DNA from: Candidatus Fermentithermobacillaceae bacterium
Lineage (GTDB): Bacteria; Bacillota; Sulfobacillia; Fermentithermobacillales; Fermentithermobacillaceae
NCBI GenBank assembly: GCA_018052475.1
Contig: JAGPNG010000007.1
Location: forward strand, 2,588-66,587
DNA length: 64,000 bases
Direction: 5' to 3'
Shown here: one piece after another, positions 41,539 to 52,430 of the stretch
Layout of the letters: every line of letters starts with the position of its first letter
Numbering within the stretch: position 1 is the first letter of the stretch
Position numbers and translations under genes: made by a program
Notes under the pieces: model-generated
What the model was told of the DNA's origin: nothing
Seen by the model: the letters and a program-made list of their open reading frames with translations, nothing else
Databases searched by the model: none

Positions 41539-42471
41539 ATGGAATGTGATGGCTGTATACACCCGTGTGTGCTGTCTGAAAAAGACAGAGTAGGCGCTAA
41601 GCCGTTTGTGAAATGGGCAGGCGGGAAGGGCCAGATTTTGGATGAACTTCTCCCTAGGATAGACATTCGATTCCAGAACTACTTAGAGCCATTCGTAGGT
41701 GGCGGAGCCCTGTTCTTTGCTCTTTTTGAAAGCGGCACAATACCTAGTTATAGCAATAGGGGATCGGGCCTCTGCGGCACAGGAGTTATTGATCCGAAAA
41801 CATATATTCCCCCTACAATCGCAATAAATGACAAGAACGAAGAGCTGGCAAACGCTTACAAAGTGATCCAGTCAAATGTGCTAGACCTCATTGCATCGCT
41901 TGAGAAACACGTGGTTACAAAAGAGCATTTTTACGAAATCAGAGCCCAAGACCCTATGAGATTGTCAGAAGTTGAACGCGCTTCCAGATTTATTTTCCTC
42001 AACAAGACGTGCTATAATGGCCTTTGGCGCGTTAATAAGAAAGGACAGTTTAATGTCCCTTACGGAAGATACAAAAACCCCAAGATATTTGATGAAACCA
42101 ACCTGTTGGCTGTGTCTTGTGCCTTAAGAGGTGTTTCCATACTGTGTGAAGATTTTCAAGAGATGGCGATGAGTGCACAACCGGGCGACTTTGTCTACTT
42201 TGATCCTCCTTACCATCCTTTGAGCGAATCGTCAAGTTTTACCTCGTATGTGGATTCGGGATTTGACCGAAAGGACCACGAACGATTGGCGCATGTGGTA
42301 AGAGATCTCACTGCTGCGGGGGTGTTTTGTATGGTTAGCAATTCAGATACTGACTTTACGAGGAGATTATATGCCGGCTTACGGGTCGAACATGTTGAAG
42401 CTAGGAGATCTATTAACTCAAAAAAGGACGGGCGAGGCTGTGTGCCCGAGCTCATAGTGAGGAATTGGTAA
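41539..42471 (+). CDS. Dam-family (D12 class) N6-adenine DNA methyltransferase, orphan
   Basis: AKPFVKWAGGK is the SAM-binding motif and YFDPPY the catalytic DPPY motif. There is an unusual Cys-rich N-terminal extension of about 19 aa (MECDGCIHPC). Confidence 0.75.
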   Translation: MECDGCIHPCVLSEKDRVGAKPFVKWAGGKGQILDELLPRIDIRFQNYLEPFVGGGALFFALFESGTIPSYSNRGSGLCGTGVIDPKTYIPPTIAINDKNEELANAYKVIQSNVLDLIASLEKHVVTKEHFYEIRAQDPMRLSEVERASRFIFLNKTCYNGLWRVNKKGQFNVPYGRYKNPKIFDETNLLAVSCALRGVSILCEDFQEMAMSAQPGDFVYFDPPYHPLSESSSFTSYVDSGFDRKDHERLAHVVRDLTAAGVFCMVSNSDTDFTRRLYAGLRVEHVEARRSINSKKDGRGCVPELIVRNW

Positions 42472-42517
42472 ACAGACATGTGACTATTTGTGCAAGCAAC
42501 CGAAGGAGGAGAAAATG

Positions 42518-43819
42518 ACCATGGATGGAGTACAGGATTTGCTTTTGACTTTGGTGATCGAGCACGCTCAATTTGCCACCGTCTGTACAGAACCGTCTAT
42601 GATAGCGCTAGCGGCTGCCAAATGCAGAAACCTTTTGGGAACCTTACCACAAAGAATCGAGGTCCGAGTGAGTCCTGGGATTCTCAAGAATGCGCTTTCA
42701 GCAGGATTACCATGTGGCGATAGAAAAGGACCTGAGGTAAGTGCCGCATTAGGTGCTGTCATAGGTGATGATAGTAAAGGACTACAGATTTTGGACAATG
42801 TGTCTCCCGAAGATCTAGAGTCTGCGTATAGTATTGTGGATGAAAACATGGTGTGTGTGTCATGGGATGAGGAAGCTACCGGAGTGTATGCGTGTGTGAC
42901 CTCATATGCAAATGGACATGAGGCAAAGGTCACCATAGAGGGCAGCCATACGAACGTTACCTTCATGTCCTTTGATGGAGAAGAAGTCTTCAAGAGTGGA
43001 TCTGACTCGAACTCGTCGCCCCTGAGAAGATTGAGAGAAGTGAGTTTTAAGGATCTTTACTCCGCATGTATGAAAACGGACATAGAGGATATAAGGTTTC
43101 TGCTCGAGGGTGCTAAGTCGGATTTGGAGCTTTCTTTTCGGGCACAGACGGCGGAAGAACAGAAGCATTCCCTGATGGGTCCTGCGGAAAAGATTCGGTC
43201 ATCGCCTGACGCGTTGGCTTCTTCGATATCTTCTAGTTGCGTATTCTCATCTGTGTATCACAAGGTACTTTTGGCAATATCCGCTAGGATGGGAGGGACC
43301 CCTTGGCCTGTGCTCACCTCAGGAGGAAGCGGCAACCAAGGGATAATGCTTGCAATACCAGTGGTTAGTGTGTGTGAGGTCTTAGGATTGGATTCTGACG
43401 AGGCTACCCGTGCGCTTTACCTGGGTCATGCTGTCAACTTATACATTAAAAGTTACATGGGAAGCATATCTTGCGTTTGCGGAGCCGTCAGTGCCGGCGC
43501 AGGGGTGGCAGCTGCCGTGAGCTGGTGTCTAAGCAGAGATGTGCGGCAGGTAGAGCAGTCCATAATCATGGTATTATCGGCTCTGTACGGTATGCTGTGC
43601 GACGGGGCCAAGGCCAGTTGTGCGCTCAAAGGAAGTATAGGGGCTATTCAGGGCTTAAATGCTGCTTTCATGGTGTACAAAGGCGTTACTATTCCGGAGG
43701 GCGAAGGAATAGTTGGCTCCTCTATAGAAGAAACCCTTGATAACGTGGGATATTTTTCCGAAAAGATCTTTTCTTACGGTGACAAAATCATGCTTAGCAA
43801 GATGTTTGAACGAGTTTAA
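42518..43819 (+). CDS. YhaM/CdsB-like (UPF0597) L-cysteine desulfidase family protein
   Basis: About 430 aa with a serine-dehydratase-alpha-like core. Conserved Cys residues (CVCGAVSAGAG, CALKGS). Confidence 0.5.
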   Translation, partial: TMDGVQDLLLTLVIEHAQFATVCTEPSMIALAAAKCRNLLGTLPQRIEVRVSPGILKNALSAGLPCGDRKGPEVSAALGAVIGDDSKGLQILDNVSPEDLESAYSIVDENMVCVSWDEEATGVYACVTSYANGHEAKVTIEGSHTNVTFMSFDGEEVFKSGSDSNSSPLRRLREVSFKDLYSACMKTDIEDIRFLLEGAKSDLELSFRAQTAEEQKHSLMGPAEKIRSSPDALASSISSSCVFSSVYHKVLLAISARMGGTPWPVLTSGGSGNQGIMLAIPVVSVCEVLGLDSDEATRALYLGHAVNLYIKSYMGSISCVCGAVSAGAGVAAAVSWCLSRDVRQVEQSIIMVLSALYGMLCDGAKASCALKGSIGAIQGLNAAFMVYKGVTIPEGEGIVGSSIEETLDNVGYFSEKIFSYGDKIMLSKMFERV

Positions 43820-43982
43820 TATGTATCCCGCCCGGCTTCAGGGAGTTGGAACACGTTGTCTTGGCCAAAATAGTCTGTTATACTTTAGTTTACCGAGAGT
43901 CACTACAGTCGGGTTTATCATCTGGTTTTTTGCTTGAAAGAGATCTCGGACCGACAAGATGGAAATAGTTTCGGTGATAAAG

Positions 43983-44058
43983 TGGGGACTTAGCTCAGCG
44001 GCAGAGCGTTCGGTTCACATCCGAAAGGTCACAGGTTCAAGCCCTGTAGTCCCCACCA
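43983..44058 (+). tRNA. tRNA-Val (anticodon CAC)
   Basis: Acceptor GGGGACT/AGTCCCC, anticodon stem TTCGG/CCGAA with loop TTCACAT, a GTTCAAGCC T-arm and CCA. Confidence 0.8.
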
Positions 44059-44079
44059 TTTTATTTTAACGGTGCCAAT

Positions 44080-45870
44080 CTAGTTTTTCTCAGACGTCAT
44101 CTCCATGAAAGCGTCCAAATCACCAGTAACGAGGTTGATAGACGCTTCCCAGAATTCCGGTCTTGTAAGATCCACGCCCAGGTGTTTCTTAGCCAGATCT
44201 TCAACTTTCATCCTTCCCGTATCTCGCAGCAATGAGGCGTATTTCTCTCTGAATGACGGCCCCTCCTCAAGAGCCTTGGCATACACACCGGCGCTGAAAA
44301 GGAAGCCGAAAGTGTAGGGGAAATTGTAGAAGGGAACACCGGTGTTGTAAAAATGCAGCTTGGATGCCCAGAAATGAGGATGATAAACGTCTAGGGTATC
44401 TCTGAATGCCTCTTTCTGTGCTTGAAGCATGATTTCGTTTAGACGTTGAGTGCTTACGATACCTTGCTTGCGTTCTTCGTAGAATCTGGTTTCGAAGAGG
44501 AATCGCGATTGTATATTCATAAGAAGTGCTACTGCCCTAGATAACTTATCGTCAAGCAACATGAGTTTTTCCTCAGGATCCTTCGCGTACTTGACCGCCG
44601 CATCTGCTACAATGATTTCTGCGAAAGTCGATGCAGTTTCAGCAACGTTCATAGCGTATTGCTGAGCTAGAACGGGCAATTCAAAAACGAGGTGTTGGTG
44701 AAAACCGTGTCCCAGTTCGTGTGCGATTGTAGCCATGTTTCCAAGACTGCCTGAGAAGGTCACGAAAATCCGTGACTGTTTGTTTTCGGGAAAGCTCGTA
44801 CAAAAACCGCCCATACGCTTGCCGGGTCTGTCCTCGGATTCTATCCACCTATCGATGAACGCTCTTTCCGCAAATCTGGCCATGTCGGGGTTGAATCGCT
44901 CAAATTGTTCCACTATGAACCGTGCCGCTTCGTCATAGGTTAGCTTGCTCGTAGCTTTGCCTATAGGGGCGTCGATGTCTTGCCACCCTAGTTTTTCCAA
45001 TCCGAGGTACTCTTTTTTTCTCCTTAAGTATCTAACCAGCCCTTCTTTGTTGCTATCTACCGTGTGCCACATTGTGTCTAGAGTATCCTCGTTCATCCGG
45101 TTCATCAAAAGGGGCTCTTTCAATACAGACTTCCATCCCCGAGCTTCGTACAGGTTCAGTCTGAATCCGGCTAATTGATTTAGGGCCATGCCGCAATAGT
45201 CGGATGCTTCCGACCAGGCGTTTTCCCAAGTTTCCATGAGATACGATCTGACTGAAGGATCTGGATCTGACATTCTATTGGATACTTGGCCGGGTGACAT
45301 CACTAGTTTCTCTCCATTGATTTCTACTTCGATAGTCATTCTGCCGGATGTGAGGTCATACAAATCCGACCAACCGTGATAACCGTTGACTGAAAGTTTG
45401 CTCACCAACTGCTCTTGTTCGGGGGAGAGCATTTCCTTGGCTCTTTCTCGACGTTCACTTAGGTTAAAGGCGATTTCTTTGAGGCTATCGGTTTCTTCGA
45501 TAAGTTTCGCCCATTGTTCATCGGGGATTTCCAACAATTCGTCATCGAATGTGGCGAGTATTTGAGCGAACGAAGCCGCAATTTGCTTAACTCTACCCGC
45601 TAGAATCCTTGCTTTTGTGTCGTGCACATCCTGTGCGCCCAGACACGACACAAAAGCTGAGGCATGCCTTAGTTTCTTAGATATATCTTGAACTCTTTCG
45701 ACCACATCCAGAAACCGTGCCTTATCCTGTCCAAATCCAGGTTTAAGTTCCTTCGAAAAGATCTCAATCTGTTGCTCGAGGTTATCGAGGTATTTTGCAA
45801 ACTCTGGCGAATCGCTGCCGCCGGGAAAGATAGCATCCAAATCCCAAGTCTGTTTTAACTCTTTGACCAT
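44080..45870 (-). CDS. pepF: Oligoendopeptidase F (M3B family)
   Basis: 596 aa ORF with the zinc motif HELGHGFH and the PepF architecture. Confidence 0.85.
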   Translation of the reverse strand: MVKELKQTWDLDAIFPGGSDSPEFAKYLDNLEQQIEIFSKELKPGFGQDKARFLDVVERVQDISKKLRHASAFVSCLGAQDVHDTKARILAGRVKQIAASFAQILATFDDELLEIPDEQWAKLIEETDSLKEIAFNLSERRERAKEMLSPEQEQLVSKLSVNGYHGWSDLYDLTSGRMTIEVEINGEKLVMSPGQVSNRMSDPDPSVRSYLMETWENAWSEASDYCGMALNQLAGFRLNLYEARGWKSVLKEPLLMNRMNEDTLDTMWHTVDSNKEGLVRYLRRKKEYLGLEKLGWQDIDAPIGKATSKLTYDEAARFIVEQFERFNPDMARFAERAFIDRWIESEDRPGKRMGGFCTSFPENKQSRIFVTFSGSLGNMATIAHELGHGFHQHLVFELPVLAQQYAMNVAETASTFAEIIVADAAVKYAKDPEEKLMLLDDKLSRAVALLMNIQSRFLFETRFYEERKQGIVSTQRLNEIMLQAQKEAFRDTLDVYHPHFWASKLHFYNTGVPFYNFPYTFGFLFSAGVYAKALEEGPSFREKYASLLRDTGRMKVEDLAKKHLGVDLTRPEFWEASINLVTGDLDAFMEMTSEKN

Positions 45871-46057
45871 CTGTATCCTCCTAACTATTTGACTATCTTT
45901 ATTGTTTCCCTATGATCCACATTACAATCACAAAGGCTCTACTGTCCAGATGGTTTGGAAGCCTGGCGTGTCTTTTTACCAATTAAGATATGTTGGTTGT
46001 TATGTGCAAGAAAGTGTATGATTTTGAGGAGAGTTGCGGAAAAGGGAGGGTATAGCG

Positions 46058-47421
46058 TGAAGTACTTGGAAGAGTTTTTGGAGTTTCTTTCGATTCCTAG
46101 CATCAGCGCGCTTCCGGAACACAAACCAGATGTAGAAAAGGCGGCAAGGTGGTTGAAGGACCGGATGACAAGGGCAGAGATAGAAGATGTCAGGATCATT
46201 AGAGGGCCGGGTAACCCGATAGTTTTTGGGAGCAAGAACGCCCAGACCTTAAGCCCTGAAGAAGCCCCCACAGTGCTCATCTATGGACACTATGATGTTC
46301 AGCCGGCGGATCCCTTTGAGGAGTGGGATTCTCCTCCTTTTGAGGGTAGGGTAGAAGACGGAAAAGTCTTTGCGCGCGGTTCAGCTGATGACAAAGGGGG
46401 CGTTTTCCCGGCAATAATCGCAGCGGAAGAAAGCATAAGGGAAAATACACTTCCTGTAAATCTCAAATTCTTGTTTGAAGGCGAAGAAGAAATTGGTAGT
46501 CCAACCTTAAAATCTTTGCTAGAGTCGCATAAGGATCTTCTGGGTTGTAATTTGGTTTTGTCTGTAGATGGCGGTATGTACTCTAACGAAATTCCTTCAG
46601 TCACAATGGGCTGCCGAGGACTGGCTGCGATCCAGATAGATGTCTTGGGACCTCGTACCGACGTGCATTCGGGTGGGCACGGAGGGGTCATTAATAACCC
46701 GATCCAAGCCCTGTCGCATATCCTATCTAGCATGAAGGACGAGGACGGAAGGATTACTGTGGAAGGTTTCTATGACGATGTGTCTTGCATTTCGGAGAAA
46801 GAACGGAACAAAATAGCAGAAGCGCCGTTTGATCGCGAGGACTATGTAAGACGTCTGGGGATTTCAGATCTTTTCGGAGAACCGGAATTCAGTCCATTGG
46901 AGAGGATGTGGATTCGTCCTACTCTAGATCCCAATGGAATATGGGGTGGTTTTCAAGGAGAAGGGGTCAAGACGATCATACCATCGCGTGCAGGTTGTAA
47001 AATCACTTGTCGTTTGGTGCCTAATCAGGATCCGGAATCCATTGCGAATGCCTTAAAAGCACACGTTGAGAAGCATACTCCTAAGGGAGTCACTGTGAAC
47101 GTTACTGTGTTTCCGGGCAACTCTAAACCATACGTAATACCTGAGGAGCATCCCGCATTGCCTGTAGTTGCATCGGTTCTTGAGCAACTATACGGAAAAG
47201 AGCCAATCGCAGTTCGCTTAGGCGGCACCTTGCCCATAGCTAGGGCGTTTTTGGATACTCTTGGTACGTACTTATTCTTTTTTGCTATGTCAGGTCCTGA
47301 TTCTGGCGCACATGGACCAAATGAGTTTATAAGGATAGAAGAGATGGAAAGGTTAAGAAAAGGTCTCAGGTTGTTCTGGGATAGATATAGTGAAGCTGTT
47401 GTAGGGAAACAGAGCCAGTAG
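46058..47421 (+). CDS. M20-family metallopeptidase (dipeptidase or succinyl-diaminopimelate desuccinylase-like)
   Basis: The metal-binding motifs HYDVQP, GSADDKGG and EGEEEIGS are present. A GTG start at 46058 follows ribosome-binding site AAGGGAGGG. Confidence 0.75.
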
Positions 47422-47473
47422 CAAGGCAGAGACCTTGCGTTGCGGACTGAAATGTGCTTTGTCGCAATAAAAA

Positions 47474-47518
47474 ACGTGCCGGGTGCGTTTCTTAAAAGCC
47501 CTCGGCACGTTTTTTCGT
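47474..47518. terminator. Bidirectional terminator
   Basis: AAAAAACGTGCCGGG...CCTCGGCACGTTTTTTCG lies between convergent genes. Confidence 0.65.
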
Positions 47519-47527
47519 CTGTCTGAC

Positions 47528-48958
47528 TTACGTCTTGCTCGGACTCTTGAGGAAGTCGAAAAGCGATGTGCTTTCTACCCAAGGAAGTCTTTTGTACCTA
47601 AACATCGTGAGTATGAACCTGACAAAGAGGTCCAATGTCATGCCGAGCCATACGCCGGTTATGCCCATTTTCAAGGGGAATGCAAGAATGTATGCCAAGG
47701 GCAATCTCACACCCCACAGTCCTATTGCCGCAACCACCATCGGGGTTCTCGTATCTCCGCTCCCTCTTATGGCACCATTTAGAACGCCTGCTACCTGCTG
47801 AGGGATTTGAGCCGTTGCCATTAGACGCAGGTATATAGCAGCTAATGCAATTACCTCCGCGTCGTTGGTCAACAAGGTTAGTATTTGTTTTGGAAAGAAA
47901 AATAGTAAAGACGCGGTAAGCAAGGTTATTATAAGTGCCCAACGTGACAGTTCTGAGGTATATCGCCTTGAAAGGTGGGTGTTTTTGGCACCTACCGCTT
48001 GCCCCACTAGTGTGGTAGCCGCGATTGAAAATCCGGCGGTCGGCATGTACGAAAGGCTCTCAGCGTTCAGACCAAGCTGGTGGGCCGCCAGAGCCTGAGT
48101 GCCAAAACCGGTTATGTACAAAGTGAGTATTATGGCTGCAGCCTGCCAAAATAGTGACTCGGCAGCAGAAGGGAGGCCCATATTTAGGATTTTCGACAAT
48201 TCTGTCTTGTCTATAGTCCATTTGGATCTAAAGGATAGCGAAAGTTTTGCCGTAGGTCTTGTGATTGCAGTAACTGCAACGATTGCCCCTATCCATTGTG
48301 CAATGACAGTAGCTATTGCAGAGCCGGTAATGCCGAGCGCAGGCATACCCAGATTGCCGTAGATTAGGCTCCAATTCCCGATTACGTTTATGATGTTCAC
48401 GAAGATCGCGACTATCAACGGGGTTCGAGTATCTCCAGAACCTCTTAAGGCTGCTCCTACAGCTGTCATTATGGCTACAGCGGGCATCCCCCATACGATT
48501 ATTCTCATGTATTTCGTACCAGAGGAAAGAACCGCTGACTCCGGTCTGAATATTTGAAGAACACTTGGTGCAAACACCGCAAAGGTGATTGCCAGCACCA
48601 GTACGGCCAACGTTCCGAACAGGATAGCTTGCATGGCGATAGTACGAGCTCTCCTAGAATCATTGGCTCCGATCGCTTGAGCTACATGGACGGTGGTTCC
48701 AGTGGAGATCGCCTGAAATAGGGCCCAAGCTACTTGTATTGCTCTATTTGATAAACCCACTGCTCCAATGGCGATAGCCGATAGATGCCCTACCATAGCT
48801 GTGTTTACCAGGCCTATGCCCATCTGCAGGAGACTCTCAACTGTAGCAGGCCACAAGAGATTGAAGATTGTTCTACGCATTTCTACGGCAGTTGGTTCGT
48901 TCTCCAATACCGGTGACAGTATTGGTTGTGCGTCGGACAATGGTATCAGCCCTTTCAC
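47528..48958 (-). CDS. MATE-family efflux transporter (second copy)
   Basis: 476 aa ORF with 12 transmembrane helices and MATE repeats (GSGDTRTP). Confidence 0.8.
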   Translation of the reverse strand: MKGLIPLSDAQPILSPVLENEPTAVEMRRTIFNLLWPATVESLLQMGIGLVNTAMVGHLSAIAIGAVGLSNRAIQVAWALFQAISTGTTVHVAQAIGANDSRRARTIAMQAILFGTLAVLVLAITFAVFAPSVLQIFRPESAVLSSGTKYMRIIVWGMPAVAIMTAVGAALRGSGDTRTPLIVAIFVNIINVIGNWSLIYGNLGMPALGITGSAIATVIAQWIGAIVAVTAITRPTAKLSLSFRSKWTIDKTELSKILNMGLPSAAESLFWQAAAIILTLYITGFGTQALAAHQLGLNAESLSYMPTAGFSIAATTLVGQAVGAKNTHLSRRYTSELSRWALIITLLTASLLFFFPKQILTLLTNDAEVIALAAIYLRLMATAQIPQQVAGVLNGAIRGSGDTRTPMVVAAIGLWGVRLPLAYILAFPLKMGITGVWLGMTLDLFVRFILTMFRYKRLPWVESTSLFDFLKSPSKT

Positions 48959-49164
48959 TTTTCGCTAGTCTCGTCAATTATAACACTACCAAAACTAAAA
49001 GCACGTTTGTAAACTTGATTGCCAGTGTTGTGATATTGGTTTAATCTGATATAGAATGTATGTGCACTGAACTGTGCACATACATGTTGGATATACTACC
49101 TAGATGTAGAGCATACTGGAGAAGATAGGTTTCTCTTAGGAATCCGAAGGGAAGTAGGGATAAT

Positions 49165-50568
49165 ATGGCTAAGAAAAATGCATCGGATGCAGGTAATCTA
49201 AGAGGTTCGCTTTTGGGCTTGGATGGGGCTTTAAGTCTGGATAGAAAATCGTCCGGCGAGCTTTTCTCAAAACATGTGAATCCGGGTCTCAAGACGCTGC
49301 TTTCGGCGATAGGGTTTGATAAGGTTTTTGTGGCCGGAGATGGGGTTTTAGTCTTTGATGAAAATGGGACAAGGTACCTAGATTTCCTGGGAGGCTATGG
49401 AAGTCTACCGTTTGGCCACAATCCCCGAGATATTCTAGAGGGTTTGGAGAAGGTAAACGAACGGCCCAATTTTCTTCAGGCGCAGGTAAGTCCATTACAG
49501 GCTGCACTTGCTCATGATCTGGCACAAGTTCTGCCTGGGGATTTGGAGGTAACGTTTTTTGCCAATAGTGGAGCCGAATCTGTAGAAGGTGCTCTGAAGA
49601 TCGCAAGGATAGCAACAGGCAGGCAGACATATGTACATTGTACAGGCGCTTTCCACGGCAAGACATATGGAGCGCTTTCTGTCGGAGGCAGAGAAAAGTA
49701 TAAGACTCCGTTTCAGCCGCTTCTGCCAGTTTGTGTTGAAGTACCTTTTGGAGATGCACAAGCTCTCGAGCAGGCGCTTGAACAGCACAAATGTGCGGCG
49801 GTGATTCTTGAACCTATACAGGGTGAAGCAGGTGTGATTATCCCGCCAGATGGCTATTTGAAGAAAGTGAGAGAGCTTACCAAAGCCCACGATGTTCTTA
49901 TGATCTTAGACGAGGTTCAGACTGGATTTGGTCGCACGGGTAAAATGTTCGCATGTGAGCACGAAAATGTAGTTCCTGACATAATGTGTCTGGCTAAGGC
50001 CCTAGGCGGCGGTGTTATGCCCATAGGTGCGACGGTAACTACTCGCAAGATCTGGGAAAGAGCATACGGTGGTCTTTCGAAAGCGCTTTTGCATACCTCT
50101 ACCTTCGGAGGCGGAGGACGTGCTTGTGCCGCCGGACTCCTTACCATCCGCAAAATCGTGGATGAGGAACTATGGTTGAGGGCCGAAGAACTTGGCGATT
50201 ATTTCCTTGCAGGGCTCAAGACTTTGAAAGAGAACTACAAGACTGTGAGAGAAGTGCGCGGCAAAGGTCTCTTAATCGGTCTAGAGTTTGAAAAGCCTGT
50301 CGAAGGCTTGTTAGATAAGTTAACATCTGGAGCCATAAACGAGTTTGCGGAGGAGTACTATGCATCTCTTGTGGCAGGTGACCTTTTTAAGAAGCACAAG
50401 GTCATAACAGCATATACGTTAAACAATCCAAATGTGATGAGACTTGAACCGCCTCTTATCGTTACCAAAGATGAGATTGACCATGTGCTCAATGGTCTCG
50501 AAGACATCTTTTCAGAAAGAAAAGGTCTGCTGAGAATGGCAGTGTCAGTTGTAACCAAAAAAGGTTGA
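49165..50568 (+). CDS. Class-III (omega) aminotransferase, PLP-dependent
   Basis: LILDEVQTGFGRTGKMFA is the PLP-lysine region of the acetylornithine/ornithine/GABA aminotransferase family. Confidence 0.8.
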   Translation: MAKKNASDAGNLRGSLLGLDGALSLDRKSSGELFSKHVNPGLKTLLSAIGFDKVFVAGDGVLVFDENGTRYLDFLGGYGSLPFGHNPRDILEGLEKVNERPNFLQAQVSPLQAALAHDLAQVLPGDLEVTFFANSGAESVEGALKIARIATGRQTYVHCTGAFHGKTYGALSVGGREKYKTPFQPLLPVCVEVPFGDAQALEQALEQHKCAAVILEPIQGEAGVIIPPDGYLKKVRELTKAHDVLMILDEVQTGFGRTGKMFACEHENVVPDIMCLAKALGGGVMPIGATVTTRKIWERAYGGLSKALLHTSTFGGGGRACAAGLLTIRKIVDEELWLRAEELGDYFLAGLKTLKENYKTVREVRGKGLLIGLEFEKPVEGLLDKLTSGAINEFAEEYYASLVAGDLFKKHKVITAYTLNNPNVMRLEPPLIVTKDEIDHVLNGLEDIFSERKGLLRMAVSVVTKKG

Positions 50569-50692
50569 CATACAATATCATGTGAAATAACTGAAGACTC
50601 GTGTTTCGTTGGGCCCTTTATTGGATTTAGGGGCCCAATTGTATTGAATGGCAGCTCGCATGTGTGAGAAAGTAAACGCTAGGGGGAGTTCA

Positions 50693-51112
50693 ATGAAGGC
50701 CACTATTTACATTGACGGTGCGTCCAGAGGCAATCCCGGACCGGCCTCGTGTGCAGCCATAATCATTGCAGATGGTTTTGAAGAAAGAGGGTACGGCCTG
50801 TTTCTTGGAGATAGCACAAATAATGTCGCGGAGTACGCCGCCCTTATACTCGGACTTCAAGAGGCAGAGGAATTGGGAGTCGATGAAATCTCTGTTTTCT
50901 CCGATTCAGATCTGTGTGTCAAACAGATAAGGGGAGAATTCAAAGTCTCAAGCCCTAACCTAGCACCTTTGCACAAAAAAGCACTTAGACTGTTGAGGAG
51001 GTTTTCCCGCTGGGAAATAAACCATATTCCCAGAGAGGACAACGCAAGGGCAGATTCATTGGCTAATCGTGTCTTGGATCTGCACGATATTGTCTGCGGC
51101 GAGACCAATTGA
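50693..51112 (+). CDS. RNase H (RNase HI-like)
   Basis: IYIDGASRGNPG...NNVAEYAAL...SDSDL...NARADSLAN gives the DEDD catalytic residues. Confidence 0.75.
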   Translation: MKATIYIDGASRGNPGPASCAAIIIADGFEERGYGLFLGDSTNNVAEYAALILGLQEAEELGVDEISVFSDSDLCVKQIRGEFKVSSPNLAPLHKKALRLLRRFSRWEINHIPREDNARADSLANRVLDLHDIVCGETN

Positions 51113-51280
51113 GACAGCCTTCGTACAATAGCATTGTAGATGTAAAGGGAACAAAATGCTGTTTTGCTGCCGTTAGAGTCCCGGGAAATGGCACGGCAAG
51201 TGCAATTGTAAGGCCCGCGTAGGGCAAATCAGTTTTTGTTGATCAATATACTTAGATACGGAGGGAACGAAAAAGAACAG

Positions 51281-52342
51281 ATGAAGCATCTATTTGAGAG
51301 CAAATCACCGCAGGCGAATAGGACTCGTTTCGTAGTCTTGGCGATGGTATTTAATCTTGTCATTTTCATGGTCATGAGTTCGCCTGCTCTTTGCTCGGCA
51401 CTTTCGGGTAACGCGATGGCTTCCCGATTGCCCGCTAACCAGGATTTCCTGACGGCATCTTCCGGCAGTTCCAATGAGTTGTATCCTGAGCCAATCGGCA
51501 ACATTAACGATTTCGCAGGCGTCTTAAGCGAAGCCGATGTTCAGTCTTTGCAGAACTTGGTAGATGTGGTTCTGCAGCAGACCGGAGTCACCATTGCCGT
51601 TGTGATAGTTGAAGATCATGGTGAAGAAAGTTTGGAAATGTACGCAGCAAATCTCTACGAAAGGTGGGGAATAGGGCAACAGGGTGAAGACATGGGTTTA
51701 CTGCTACTTTTGTCTATGGAGGAAAGAGAAGTCCGGATGGAGGTAGGCTATGGACTTGAACCCGTCATCACCGATGGAATAGCAGGCGAATGCCTCGACG
51801 TCATGGTTACGTATTTTGCGGATGGCGATTATGGCAGGGGTCTGTACGAAGGGCTCCTTCATGCGGCGCAATACATTGCGGAAAGCCAAGGTGTTGAGCT
51901 TGATCTGTCCGCTAATTATGAGGAACCGGTATCTACAGTAGGTTTTAGACGAATTGCTGCGCTAGGCGTTGTAGGTGCCCTGATACTTGTTTTTGCCCTG
52001 TTAGCGTATTCTATGAACAGAAAGAGACGTTGTCCTCGTTGTAAGTCGAAACTAGTATATACAGACAAAGTGGTCCAACAGGCCACTCAATTGACACCGG
52101 GTCTTGTCGTCAAGATAGCGAAGTGTCCTGTGTGCGGATACCATAAGGAGAGCACTTATAGGGCCAATCCGATTGGTTCCTCTAGCGGATTGGGAGGACC
52201 ATTACCACCGCCTACTCGTACAGGGACAGGTTTCGGCGGTTTCTTCAGAGGAGGCGGAGGTGGCTCTGCCGGGCGTTCTTCTGGTCCCAAAGGTTTCGGT
52301 GGTGGAAGAAGTGGTGGGGGAGGAGCTAGTAGGAAGTGGTGA
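51281..52342 (+). CDS. TPM-domain (YgcG-like) membrane protein with zinc-ribbon and Gly-rich C-terminal tail
   Basis: Signal peptide, a TPM domain (GVLSEADVQSL...IAVVIVE...GLLLLLSME), a transmembrane helix, CPRC...CPVC, then GGFFRGGGGG. Confidence 0.65.
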   Translation: MKHLFESKSPQANRTRFVVLAMVFNLVIFMVMSSPALCSALSGNAMASRLPANQDFLTASSGSSNELYPEPIGNINDFAGVLSEADVQSLQNLVDVVLQQTGVTIAVVIVEDHGEESLEMYAANLYERWGIGQQGEDMGLLLLLSMEEREVRMEVGYGLEPVITDGIAGECLDVMVTYFADGDYGRGLYEGLLHAAQYIAESQGVELDLSANYEEPVSTVGFRRIAALGVVGALILVFALLAYSMNRKRRCPRCKSKLVYTDKVVQQATQLTPGLVVKIAKCPVCGYHKESTYRANPIGSSSGLGGPLPPPTRTGTGFGGFFRGGGGGSAGRSSGPKGFGGGRSGGGGASRKW

Positions 52343-52430
52343 GTCTCCGCCTTGAGAAGAAGGCCACACAATCTTGGGTTCTTTTGTTAAGCGAGAGTAT
52401 TTGGAGATTTGTTTTCAAACGGAGGGGATG

